A DNA stretch of 63,573 bases. Origin: Chara braunii. Its lineage: Eukaryota; Plantae; Charophyceae. A program made the translations under genes and the position numbers. Shown piece after piece: positions 47,148-60,697 of the stretch; within the stretch, counting starts at the first letter, position 1; each line of letters begins with the position of its first letter. The stretch covers positions 869,024 through 932,596 of the forward strand of contig BFEA01000036.1 of NCBI GenBank assembly GCA_003427395.1, given 5' to 3'. The notes under the pieces are model-generated. The model did not search any database. It was not told where the DNA came from and was given only the letters and a program-made list of their open reading frames with translations.

Positions 47148-49403
47148 AAATGCAAGCATAGCAAACTCTCCTATCGTCACTTTGTGTGACTTTCCTGCAT
47201 AGCTGGGTGGTGAGTAAATACTAAATAGCCATTCTTGCTAAGTAAATGTATAGCCATTACTGTCAAGAGTGACCAAATGGAACACTGTTCATCATCTAGA
47301 GTACAACATATAGGAATGTAAGATAAATGTTGATACGCATTATCATACTGTTGACTTGTGAGCTTTTGGTAAAGTAATTGATACAAGAATAGGATAGCAC
47401 AAGAAGAAAACAAGAGTAGCTATCCCATGAACAAAGTCATTGCAGCGTCCTCATTTTTTGATATGAAGTGTAGAAAAGCACGACAGGGAATAAAAAGTGG
47501 GCGATGTGGTAAAAATGAAAGGCGAGCACCATGTTTCCAGTGTGGTGAAACAGCGCTACTCGACGAAGGAGACTGTGGTCTGTCCTAGAACGGAAGCGCA
47601 GTTCCATTCAAGCTACCCTTTGTCCAAAGGGATAGCTACTCCAAAGATGGTTACACTGAGCGTAGTGGGTGAGTGAGCCACTTGTGGGCGAGAATTAACG
47701 GTTCCCTGCTTTGTGCATGCGCATGGTTTTCCTCGTCGCTGCTCTTAAAATTTACAGTCTGGTGCCCCAGTGGCGAAAGGTTGCAAAGACTTGGACGCAC
47801 ACATTCTACATGAATTGCCACTTTACCGACTTCCCACGGTATTGCTATGGTTCTTTGTTTGTATAAATAAGAACTAACTGTTCACCTTGTAGGTCTAAGG
47901 CAGCATCCCCTCCGGAGGCCTTTCACAGAAGATGAAGAGTTGTTGATTGGGGTATGTTGTGTTTGCAAGGATCTGTAATATCCAATCCTAGTTTTAGTGA
48001 ACATCGACCATGAGATTTATTTGTTCGCTGCTTGTGGTTCGTTCGTGTACGGAATCGAATTCAATGGCACAGCGGATCATAGTTTTAACAACCAGATTGA
48101 CCAAACGATACTGTATATATATTTGGTACAGATTTGTTAGAGGAACGGTTGGGACCTCTATAGGGTTGATAATTCACTTAAGTTCAGAGCTCAGGTACTG
48201 GGAAGGAAGTAAACTAGATTTCAATGTTTCAAATAGAATGCAAGATCGCTGTTCGGGAAGGCATCGTCATGTTTGTGCCATCGGGCTTCCCTCGTGGCAT
48301 AAACTGTTGGCAGTTGATGTTGGCAGTCGATGTGCGATGTTGCTCCAACCTCCGTATACGTGGTCATTGTACGTACAGTCGTGCACACTGGGCTGCAATT
48401 CTTTGTGCGTGCAGCGTTGTCGCCACTCTGGTTCATGGTCTGCCCATTTTGGTGGGAAGTTTCTCTTTCCCAGCGTTGAATAGGGTCCTAAGCTTATTTT
48501 TCTCAGCGTTCCACTGGGGAAGTGTTGGAACACTCCATGGGTAAGGCTTTTCGTATTGTTCGCATGGTTTGAACTGGGCTCTGCTTTATAATTTGAGCTT
48601 TCGACCTGGTGTGACTTTTAGCACACACCCATTGTAATTGCGATCCAGCCTCCAAACCGTGCCGGTCATGTTTTGAGACATGCCAATTTTTAGTTTTGTG
48701 CCAGTTCTTTTTGTGGCAGGTTCAGGTTCTGAGTCTGAAACTTCATGCAGGATTTTTTTTTAACGTCAAAAGACTCGAAATGGCATATCCGACAATCGGC
48801 TTGCTTGGACCAGCAGCACTCGTTGACCATAATTTTGGAGTTGAGTTTGTGGCTGTGCGCAATGTTGCTTTCGAAGCCCGGGTCAGGTTTTTTGTGAATC
48901 CGACATGCTTAGCTGCTTGTGGCATGTTTTGGTCATTTTCTGCTAGGCTTTGCTGTAATGCGCTGTGGTCACGGTAGTAACATGAAATGAAGTATTCCAA
49001 AGTCGAAAAAGAAAAAAAGGTTAAGAAAGCGTTGTACTAGGAATCGCTGAAGTGTCGTAACGTGCATTTGAGGGGCTCCAAAAGTACCCCTCATGTTTGC
49101 AATATAATGAGCTTAGTCTGGTTTTGATTTGTTTCTTTTCTAAACCACCACTACCTTTCACAGGCAAACACAAAGTCCATCTGGTAACCAACTCCTAAAA
49201 AGTCAGGGGCTGAGGGCAGGGTTGGAGGCCGAAGAAAAGATAATGAAAAAAAAAAAGCAAGAAAAAAAAGTGGAAAAACTGGAAGAGTTTCCAACCTCTT
49301 GGCTGGTCCTCTGCACCTTCCATCGAGAGGATGAGGAACATTGAATGAAACTACCGCTTGAACATGGAAATATACATTGACACACTTGTGTGCGCACACG
49401 CGC

Positions 49404-49436
<33 letters not shown>

Positions 49437-50411
49437 NNNNNNNNNNNNNNNNNNNNNNNNNNNNNNNNNNNNNNNNNNNNNNNNNNNNNNNNNNNNNNNN
49501 NNNNNNNNNNNNNNNNNNNNNNNNNNNNNNNNNNNNNNNNNNNNNNNNNNNNNNNNNNNNNNNNNNNNNNNNNNNNNNNNNNNNNNNNNNNNNNNNNNNN
49601 NNNNNNNNNNNNNNNNNNNNNNNNNNNNNNNNNNNNNNNNNNNNNNNNNNNNNNNNNNNNNNNNNNNNNNNNNNNNNNNNNNNNNNNNNNNNNNNNNNNN
49701 NNNNNNNNNNNNNNNNNNNNNNNNNNNNNNNNNNNNNNNNNNNNNNNNNNNNNNNNNNNNNNNNNNNNNNNNNNNNNNNNNNNNNNNNNNNNNNNNNNNN
49801 NNNNNNNNNNNNNNNNNNNNNNNNNNNNNNNNNNNNNNNNNNNNNNNNNNNNNNNNNNNNNNNNNNNNNNNNNNNNNNNNNNNNNNNNNNNNNNNNNNNN
49901 NNNNNNNNNNNNNNNNNNNNNNNNNNNNNNNNNNNNNNNNNNNNNNNNNNNNNNNNNNNNNNNNNNNNNNNNNNNNNNNNNNNNNNNNNNNNNNNNNNNN
50001 NNNNNNNNNNNNNNNNNNNNNNNNNNNNNNNNNNNNNNNNNNNNNNNNNNNNNNNNNNNNNNNNNNNNNNNNNNNNNNNNNNNNNNNNNNNNNNNNNNNN
50101 NNNNNNNNNNNNNNNNNNNNNNNNNNNNNNNNNNNNNNNNNNNNNNNNNNNNNNNNNNNNNNNNNNNNNNNNNNNNNNNNNNNNNNNNNNNNNNNNNNNN
50201 NNNNNNNNNNNNNNNNNNNNNNNNNNNNNNNNNNNNNNNNNNNNNNNNNNNNNNNNNNNNNNNNNNNNNNNNNNNNNNNNNNNNNNNNNNNNNNNNNNNN
50301 NNNNNNNNNNNNNNNNNNNNNNNNNNNNNNNNNNNNNNNNNNNNNNNNNNNNNNNNNNNNNNNNNNNNNNNNNNNNNNNNNNNNNNNNNNNNNNNNNNNN
50401 NNNNNNNCTCT

Positions 50412-50442
<31 letters not shown>

Positions 50443-50869
50443 CTGGGTGGGTGTGTAGAGTGGGTTTTACAACTGTGTCATATTAATTTCTCAGACTTGC
50501 AACCGTTCTTGACAAGGGTTTGAACCGGAACTCTGTTAGGGTTGCAAGGTTGGTGTGAGTAAAGTCGACCACATTTCTTCGGGGTGTTGTTAACTCTCGG
50601 CGATGTGGTGAGTCCTTATCCATCAGTCAAATGAATTGTGGGCAAACTGTTGGAATTCAACCTCCTGACGAGTCCTTGAAAGTCCAACGAAATAGTCTGG
50701 CATAGTCATGTTTTTTTTTTTTTGTATAGCAAATATGACAATCCAGTGAATGCACAAACAAGTATGCCAGTGTACTATGTTTCCATGTTCTAGCGTTAGA
50801 TTCATTCGATTTTCCCAATCCTATCGATGGAAGCAGCATGAGGCCAGCCACGAGGTTGGAGACTTAAAT

Positions 50870-50945
<76 letters not shown>

Positions 50946-51989
50946 GCACACACGCACGCACGCACGTATACACAAGTGCGACAGTGTGTATGGAATGTTC
51001 TAGCGGTAGATTCATTCGATTTCCTTAGCCTATCGATAGAAGTAAAATGTGGCTAGCCGCGAGGTTTTCCTTCGGTGATGGACGTTGGCCACAGCCGGAG
51101 TTCCGATGGGCAAGCTAGTAGGGTGTCTGGCGGCCTGGACTATGAAGTCTTGATGGGTCAGCGCGTTTTCACACTACTGGCTTGTGGAAGCGGTCCCGAC
51201 CCGCACAAGTGTTGGCGCTGTAAAGGGTAAGCTTACGGACGATCGATATTTAAGTACTAATGGTTTAAACCACCACTACCTCCGCCGGCCTAAAATGGAC
51301 TTTCCTGGCTGTACGCACGGGGTTCTTTGGGGCGGCGGCGACCGGGAGGCACAGGAGAGTCCAGTCCAAAAATTTTCAAGCGCGAACTTTTACGATTTTT
51401 CGTGCATAAAAAAATTGGCAAAAAAATCTAAAAATTTGAAATCTTGTAGATTAGGTGAAAGTGTCGCGCCGGTTCATCAGATTTTTCATTTTTGCTACTC
51501 TACCATGTATGGATCAACGGGAAACGTAACCCAACTTTTGCCATTTTCGATCAGAAGAATGACCCAAGAACTCTGAAAGTTGGAGGGTTCATAGATTTTG
51601 TCGTGATCTTCACAGGGAAAATTCCGGGAGTAAGTCGACTTTTGCCATTCCGTAACTTCCCCCCACTGTGCTACCGGTAACCCTCAGGGATATGTGTTAT
51701 TGGTTGTCCCTTATTAATGACGCGGGGCAAGTCGTGGTTCAAGTTTAAAGATCCAATATTAAATTCCTCCTAGGCAGAAGTTATCTATATGTCGTAGAAT
51801 GAAATCTGCGTTGTGAAGATACGCAAAATCCTTCATGATTATTGATGAGATTGTGAGTGTTTTCCTATTATCAGGTCTCTTTCGGGTTACACAGGTACTA
51901 TGGTTTTTTTTACTTCCAATAGGTAGACGAAAAAAATAGGTAATTTCATTTATAGTTTTGACGGATCAATATGGTATTTTTGTTGCACG

Positions 51990-52279
51990 CTAGGTTACCA
52001 ACTGGGCTGCCTGGATCACCTTGTTGACCCGGGCGGTTGACCAAGGCAGCCCGATCGTGCAAGGGTCGGGAAAAATCCTAGAAAAAAAATATAATCAAAA
52101 AAATCAAAAAAAAAAAACTATGTTATGTAAAGATATAAATTGAACAACTTTTTCCTCAGGGTCATATGGGCAAAACGTATGGGGAAAATTAATCAAATTT
52201 AAAATATAAAATAAAATTAATAATATTTTTATTTTTTTTGTTGGTCGGGCAATTGGTTTTGGGCAAGTCTGGTAGCTAG
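51990..52279 (+). mobile_element. CTAGGCTACCAG MITE, diverged copy
   Basis: CTAGGTTACCA...TCTGGTAGCTAG with the same internal TGTTATG...TGAACAACTTTT core. Confidence 0.78.
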
Positions 52280-55249
52280 GGTGGAAGTGTTTTACATGCC
52301 CAACATAGAACGCGACCCGTGAACTATCAAACACGAATGTGGATCTATCAAGTCCTCTTGTACATGACAAACAAGATGACAAACACCGAGTATAGTGCTA
52401 CAACACTATGAAGAGGGAACCTACTCTTTCAACCGCGTTGTTCTCTATTATTTTCTGCATGAACAGTAAGACGTTGAAGGATCATTGGTTTGGCGTTCTG
52501 TCTTGCGAACTCTTACGTGCAATGTGTTTACTATTTTTTTGTTATTATTTGGTAGGTTTTGTTGTACAACATTCTGGTCTAGAGTTACAATAGGGTTGGT
52601 TGTTTACTTGAAAGTCTCATTTTGCTGCCATATATGCATGGTAGTACTACCTTGTGGCAGGCGAACATGATCTCTTTGTTGCAGATGCTTTATATGCGCA
52701 AACATAGAACGTGGCTTATGAACTATCAAGCACGAATATTGATAAGGTGAACATGATCTCTCTGTTGCAGGTGCTTTGTATGATCAAACATAGAACGTGG
52801 CTTATGAACTATCAAGCACGAATATTGATTTAACAAGTCGCCTCGTTTATCCCAAATACTAAACATATTGGTATGACACTATCAAAAGTAAACCTTCTAA
52901 CATGACTCCTCGAAAATGGCGGGAAGACTCTTGACAAGTTTCAAGAAGAGTATATGGAGTACTTCAACCACTGGGCTTATATTACTTACTTTACGAAGTT
53001 TAATAAGTCAATTGTTACGTAGCGCCCTCCGGACGGGAACATGTCCACCCAGACGCGAACATGTTCACCCGAACGCGAACAAGCGTCCCAAACCCTCCAA
53101 ACACGAACATAAAAAAAAAGTTCTAAAAAAATATGAAAAACATATATGTTATATAAAATAACAATACAGACAACTTTTGTCTTGGAATTATGTTCTATTG
53201 CGTAGCGAATCATGAGTTGAAAATAAAAAACTGAAAAAAATGGCTTTTATTTTTACGAAAAAATATTATGTTCGCGAGTTGTTTGTGCGAACATGTGAAT
53301 ACGTTCGAGCGAACGTGAAGGGGCGCGAACAGGTTCGCCATGCGACGCATGTCAATTGTATCATAAAATATATCAACATTTATTTTGAAGTACAACAACC
53401 TTATTATTTTATGTTATACGCGAGAACATGTATATCATTTATAATTTTCATTTGCTTATTTTTGACAATAATGGTTAGTTACTTAGCAAATTGGGTAGTA
53501 CCATCTAATTTTCAACAAAGTAAAAGTTATTGTATCATTTATGTACATGCGTTTGTAGTTTGGATGAGTTTACTTAATTATTTGGGAATGGTTATTAGTA
53601 CTATGTTATTTTTTTTGTTATTAGATATCCCATTTTCACTTGTTTTTGAAGATTAGTATCAAAATAGATGCTTTGTTCACCTTTTTCACTCTACTTGAAC
53701 TCATTGAAATGAAAGTTGTTTGTGAGGTCACAACTCAAGTGTGATAATCACATTGCTTCATGGTGAGTGGTATGGAGGAAACTTGCACTCAATAGCAACA
53801 GAGTTTATACTCTTGAGTGCATTGTGTTTTCTATTCTTTTTCGCTGATACGGCAAAATTTAAAATGGTTTTTGGTTGGGCGTTCTGTCTTGTGAATTCTT
53901 ACATGCGTTGTGTTTACTTTTCTCTTCTGCATGTGAATTTTTGTTTTGTTTGTAAAGGATTTATAAATATACTTGTAATCATTTTTTTTAAAAGGATGAC
54001 ACCCAAGAATGATTATCCGGTTCAATCTGGTCATTGGTTCGACTATTGGAACACAATAAAATATGTTGTAGTCCATCCGTCTAAACTATTATGGACTTAT
54101 CAAAAGGTTGGCGCCCAAACGCCCACCTTTGTATGTCAAGTTGGAGTATTGAATGAAGTGGTGTGCATTACCGAACAACAATTCGCGGCATAAACTTGCA
54201 CGATGGAAAACTATCTCGTGCGGTTTAGAAGTCGGTGAAATAAACTCATGCTTGACCCCTATCCACTATGAGGATGGGAGTTTTTTAATTTATTGTATGG
54301 GCTCAAAATATGTCCTCTCAATGAAGTAAAGACTCGTCGAGCTCTCATTTTTAAATACAGGATTCATGCTCCTCGTTTTCTCGTTATAATGACGAGTTAC
54401 TTGTGTGCAACTTTAAGGCGCTCACAAAAAAAAGCTTTGGTGAGTTATCGGTTCGACAATAATAATATGAGGTCATATTTTTGTTGTTTACGCCAGATTT
54501 TCATTGATTGGGTATAGTTGATCATTATTATTATGCTAGCGTGACCCCAAATGTATATTGTCATATGTGTCTTTCTCGGGATACTGAGAGGAAAGGACTC
54601 GAGGTTGTACTTTGTTAAACTACATTTTTTGCAGAAACTTGTTTCAACCTAGTGGTATAGATGAAACACCTGGCCCGTGCAGCAACAACTCATCTGATAA
54701 CTGAGTCACAAATTTTGAGGTGCACCAATTCAAGTTATCTTTGAACCACCAGAGTGATTTGCCAAATTTTCTCATTCTTGTGATATCAAACCATTGTCGG
54801 CGGTGGGTGTGGCAGTGGAAGCGAGGCGCATGTATCATTTGATCGAAAATGATTTTGACAGACTCGTGTCATAATGTGTCTTAGGTTGAAGAACAACTTT
54901 CTCACATTAAACCTGGGTGATCCCGAATTTTCTAGTAAGTGTTTTTCTTAAAGACTATTGGATGAATCGAACAACAATGATGGGTCAGTTGAGAGACATA
55001 CGCATGATTACGAGTTGTCACCAGACCCACGCATTGCTCTTAATGAAGTGGGATGAAAATTTACAATAGATTTGGTGTACTTACTTCAAGTGGTTGACCG
55101 GTACTCGTATCTTTATTGTTGTTATGTTTTTTATCATTTTTTTAATTTTATTTTTTTCCTCGACAGAAAGGTTTGTCAATAAGGAGGATAGTGTGTTTTG
55201 GCACCTCATTCAATAGTGAAGAGTTGCAGTCATACCACGGTGTGGTTTA

Positions 55250-55483
55250 GGGCTATGCTAATCTCCTCTGTATCATTTCACGTTGTAGCATAAGATTTAT
55301 TCCCAGTGCATCATTGTGCATCGATAGTAGTGGGATATTTTTTCTCTCTTTCGGACCATTCCTCTATATATGTATGTCATTGACCTCATGGCCAACCTCC
55401 TATGCATGGTTCCACATCGAAGCTGAAATTCATTTTCATTTCGCATGTCTCATTATGTAGGACATGCTAGTCTTCTCAGTATC
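55250..55483 (-). pseudogene. Two very short U6-core-like relics (55250-55280 and 55463-55483)
   Basis: Reverse complements TGATACAGAGGAGATTAGCATAGCCC and GATACTGAGAAGACTAGCATG, compared with U6 GATACAGAGAAGATTAGCATG. Confidence 0.45.
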
Positions 55484-57558
55484 TTTTCATGCTTTTGCGA
55501 GAGATTCAAGATATCGCTCAAAGTGCTCCACTAATGAGAATAAATATTTTACTAAAAAATAGAAAGGTACATCGTCATATTTTTTGTGCTTTATAGATGT
55601 GGAGAGTAGTGGGGAGAGACTCTTAATCGAGAACTTTAGCAACCTCACTCCACTACTCTCCATGTGTACAAAAGTCATAAAAATATGACAATCTATCGTT
55701 CCATGTTATAGCAGAAGATTCATTCTGTATTTTGGAGAGTAGTGGAAGGAGGTCCTCACTCCATGACTCCGCACGGCTCTGCATCAATTGATGTTACTAT
55801 GAAAGATTTATTCTCCTATTTGAGGTACAAAAACTAGTGCAGCCAGATGCTAGTACGTTCAAATTTTGAAGTTGCCGCTAACGCTAATTTGGTTGTAAGT
55901 GTGCGTTTTCTATTATATATTTTGATATATATATATATATATATATATATATCGTCACAAACATATATATATATATATATTACTTGTATATTTTTCGGTT
56001 GCTCGTTTTCGTCGACCACCCGCATTGTGTCAAACCTCCATTAAGCCTCCATCAAACCTTTTTGAGATCTCTCATGAATTCATAGAGAGATAAAAGTTTA
56101 TACGAGAGGACTACTAATGCAACACATGTCACATCTGTTGCACCAGATGTTACAAATGTCGTAAATATTATCGTCGTTACACCGGCTATATTTATTGCAG
56201 CAGATGCGACAGATATTGAATGTGTTGCAGCATCTGAGGCATCTACTTCAAAGGGTGTTGCATGTGCAGTGGATGTTACACTTACAACTACTTTATCTAA
56301 AAAAATGAAAAACAAAACAGCTCGTTTCAATTAATGTAAATTGAGTCAGTGTTTGGGATCGCAGCCAAGTGGGGTTTTAGACATCCGAGGAATATGATTG
56401 ACTAGGACGTACGCCGATCATATCACTACGAGTGCAAATTACGCAAAAACGAGAGACGACATGGTTTTTATTTTTATTCGTTGTAACGACCATGGTGTTT
56501 TGGTAAAGGGAACCCTTAAAATTAGTGGTCACGTGCACACTTAATGGTGCTCTATTAAAGGGAACCCTTAAAATTAGTGGCTACGTGCACGCCACGTTGA
56601 AGAAAAATAGTTGGAAAATGCGCAAGTGGTTCATTGATTTTTTTCTCAAAAATTTTTTTTGGATTATAAACTTTAGACCCAAAAAATAAAACAAAATAAA
56701 ATAACATAATTTTATGTCCCTTTGCTATGAGCATCCATACCCCGTATACGCCCAACCTAAACTTCGGTTTTTTATTCTTTGGTGTGAAAAACATATGTCG
56801 AGGTCGGGTATGGCGTATTTCCTATGTGAATTTATAGATAAGGATCTTTGTTTTAAGAGGAAAGCGATGCGTTTGATAGACTATAATACTTAATAGATTG
56901 TTCGTGCGGTAAGGAAAAAGGGGAAGAAATAAAGACAGAAAATGAGGTGGTATTTTATGTTGACGTCCCTATTATGTTGGTGATTTGATTGTAATGTTAC
57001 ATTAACGAAAATAATTATGGATGTAAAGGATAATCCAACATAGTCTAAATGTGGATGGTCGGGAAATAAAAAAATGTTTGTCTATGCATATTGCATGTTT
57101 ATTTGCCCACTCCACTTTGATCTAGAGGATCTGACTGAAAAAAAAAAGTTATATACAGTTTGTAATCAACATCTCTTTTTATAAAATTATGGATGAGTAT
57201 TTGATTTGCATTTTGAATAAAAACCACCTTGCAAATTTCTATTGGGCATATTATGTCATATGTACCTCACATAAGAGTCTTCCAGTAACAAAGTATTTAT
57301 AATTTTTTACCTATTATTAATTTTTTATACTTATGGGCAAAGGTTTGTATTCTTGTTTATTTTGCACGTGCATTTGAACCAAGCATGCCCCTTATTGTAC
57401 GTTAAAGTGTAGGACGAGAGGTTAACCATTATATTTGTTAAATTTAATAATAATTTCATAATAGGTGTTAAACGTTTGTGATCATCAAATTGTTTCATCA
57501 CTTTTAACCAATACTACCTTCGAATTGTTTTTTGTTAACCCTTTATATCCCTGTATGC

Positions 57559-57804
57559 CTAGGCTACCAGACTGCTCCGGGGTGACTTGCCCGGCCGGGC
57601 CAAAAAATAAAAATAAAAAATTATTTTTAAATTTATTTTTTATTTTAAATTTGCTGAAGAATTTTAATGTGACCCTGAGGCAAATGTTGTTCAGTTTATT
57701 TTTCTGCATAATACNNNNNNNNNNNNNNNNNNNNNNNNNNNNNNNNNNNTGGTCCTTGCACGGGATGGTCACCCGGAACCCGGGCGGCCCGGTTGGTAGC
57801 CTAG
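57559..57804 (-). mobile_element. CTAGGCTACCAG MITE with a perfect 8-bp TSD (contains an N gap)
   Basis: TSD CTGTATGC at 57551-57558 and 57805-57812; interior is the reverse complement of the 2414 copy. Confidence 0.9.
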
Positions 57805-58021
57805 CTGTATGCAGATGTTTTTTGAATCTATCGTAGGGTTAGTACCGTTTCATTTTTTTTTTTTTTTTTACTGCTACGAGAAAAAAAAAAAAAAGTAAAA
57901 AAAAAACAAACAAACAATATTAATATTATGATAGATGTGAGTTACATTCTATAAGGCGTTGTTGCAACCATTTCGTCACAGAGAGGAAATATATTTTTTT
58001 ATTTTTATAAGATGGATTCCT

Positions 58022-59170
58022 CCCCCCCCCTCCTCCTCTAACAAAGACCGTGCATAACTCTTGCTTCCTTTAAATTTAAATGAACAATCATTTTAACAAT
58101 ATATAAACAATAATTTTAAAACTTTACCATCTATGAACGTGCAAAGCTTTACTACTATTATAAGGTAAAAACGGATCAACAAATTGATATCGTAATTGAT
58201 TTTATAATATTATATGTTTCATTTTTTGTTGGAAAATAAAATATGAATCCCCCCCTCCTCCTCTAACAAAGACCATGCATAACTCTTGCTTCCTTTAAAC
58301 AATCATTTTAATAATGTATAAACAATAATTTTAAAGCTTTACCATCTAAGAACGTGCAAAGCTTCACTACTATTATAAGGTAAAAACGGATCAACAAATT
58401 GATATCGTAATTGATTGTATAATATTATATGTTTCATTTTTTGTGGGAAAATTAAATATGAATGTTAACCAAAAAAATATACTTTAAAAAGGTTTATATT
58501 AAGCAATACTTCAAAAATAAAAAATATATATTTTAAATAAAAAAGTTCAAACACTGTTTTATTTTAAATAGTTTAATTAAGTAATAAATGATAATGTGAT
58601 TGATTGTAATGGTAACAAGCATGGAGTGCAAATCTCAAATGCAATCAAAATGTAAACCGTTAAGCCCGTCTAGCATAAGGCACAACACCTGCAAAAGACA
58701 AACCTAATGCTCACAATATGGAAAAAAAAAAACAAAGATAGATAATTTTTTAAAAACTTTATCAACTGTGTACTTTTGAAGCTTTACTATTATCATAAGG
58801 CAGGAAGTGATTAACAAATTTGTTATTTTAAATGCATACTTAAATAATCAATCGAAACTAATTTTATAATGTTATATCATTTTTATTTTTTTCATAGCAA
58901 AAAAAAACATCAATGCTAACCAAAAAAATATATCTAAAAAATATATATTAGGTTATACTTAAAAATAAAAAATAAATATTATTTCATCAAAACACAGTTT
59001 AAACACTATTGTTATTTTAATTACTTTAATAAAATAGTAAATGATAACGTGATTGATTGGAAGGGTAACAAGCATGAAGCGTATAGCTGCAATGCAATTG
59101 AAATGTAAACTGTTAGGTCCAACTAATAAAAGGTACAATACTGTACAATACCTACACAAGATAAACCCAA
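58022..59170 (+). repeat. AT-rich nested direct repeats (~230-bp near-identical pair plus older copies)
   Basis: CCCCCCCTCCTCCTCTAACAAAGACC... at about 58022 and 58249; TGATAA(T/C)GTGATTGATTG...GGTAACAAGCATG at about 58590 and 59042. Confidence 0.8.
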
Positions 59171-59884
59171 TAATATGACAAAAAACAAAGATAAAAACTA
59201 TAGAGAGGAGAGAGCAATAGAGAGAAAAAAGAAAAAAGGTGCAAAAAAAACAGAAAGAATAAAAATAAGAAGTATAAAAGAAAGATAAAAAGGAGAAAGA
59301 ACAGTTCATAATTGCAAAACCTATAGTGATTATAAAACATAATAATGAAATAACAAGGTTCATGCCACGGACATCCCTATGATGTATTTCGGTCGCTTTC
59401 GTTGACGAACATTGTTTGGTGATTTTGTTGAAGTGATTACGGTAATAAGAGACGTACCTGATTAAATTGAAAGAGGAACCCTATCTCGTATTACATCATT
59501 CAAAAGGTATTTTTTCAATCAAACCCCTCATTGAAACTCTACAGTGTAAATGGCACAAAGCTCACTCAGAGCAAAGTGTCTCTTGCCAACAGCATAACAT
59601 GTTTAATGATGTTGGATCTATCATGAAGATGAGTTAGGCGGTCATAGAGGAACATCGATCAAATAGTATAAAGAGGGAATAATAACTATAGGTTGGGAGA
59701 AGGTGTGAAGTGAAGGGTATACGCAATACAAGCGATATTCGAAAACGTAACAGAAGCGTAGAAGGCATGTAGAGAACGGGCGAGGTACAAAAGGTAGTGT
59801 ACTATGTGGGGTGATAGAAAGTTATTGGAGTGATGAAAACTTGTTACAAAGAGGTGGCGTTGTCCAACCATATACCCTTACAGG

Positions 59885-60120
59885 CAGGGTTGCCGGCGTT
59901 CGGGACGGGCCGAACGCCCGAACCTGAACGCTCGAACGTACGGGACCCCTTCGGAAGGCATTCGGTCGTTCGGGCCGAATGCGGACCAAAAAAACAAAAA
60001 CAACAACGAAAAGTTTTCAAAAACTTTCGCAAAAAAATATGTTATGGAGAAAAATAAACTAAACAACATTTGCCTAGGCACTGTATCAAAATTCTTTACC
60101 TAATTTGAATTAAAAATCAA
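59885..60120 (+). mobile_element. Left end of a hAT-like element (CAGGGTTGCC) with CGAAC subterminal repeats; right end not found
   Basis: hAT-type terminus, repeated CCGAAC/GTTCGG, then the same AT-rich core as the CTAGG MITEs. Confidence 0.6.
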
Positions 60121-60638
60121 ATACAGAAATAAACACTATGATAAAAATAAGAAAAAATAAAAAGAAAATTAAAATGAGTGAGTGTGCTAACACCTTTTCG
60201 ACACCGCCATCTTTGCCGATTTTTAATTATTTTTTGGCATTGACAAATGTCCTGAAAATTTACAGATATGTAGTTTACATAATCAATAACTCATTAAAAA
60301 GGTTTCAAAAAATAATAAAATTGTTTAGGCCTCGAAATAAAGTGAAACAAAAAGTTAAAAGTGAAAAAAAACAAAATAATGAGTGGGCGAGCACGTTTTG
60401 ACACCCCCATCTGACGATTTTTATGTTTATTTGGCTACGCAGAATGACCTCAAAATTTATAGGCGTGTAGGTTACATCATAGAGAACCCACAAAAAAATA
60501 ATTCAGAAACAAAAAGATATTTTTAGGCTCCAAAATTGTTTTTGGCGGGGCCCGGACTCGTGGAATTTAGATGGGGATATGCACGTGCATGCAAAAGAGA
60601 AAAAAAGAACAAGCGAGTGTGAACCCCTGCGTGCACGT

Positions 60639-60697
<59 letters not shown>

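Noticed and set aside
49203-50523. Long 361-411 aa ORFs
   Set aside because: They consist of N-gap and (GT)n translation.
56415-56437. Resemblance to the 5S rRNA 5' end (CGATCATATCACTACGAGTGCA)
   Set aside because: Only about 17/22 identity, and it does not extend.
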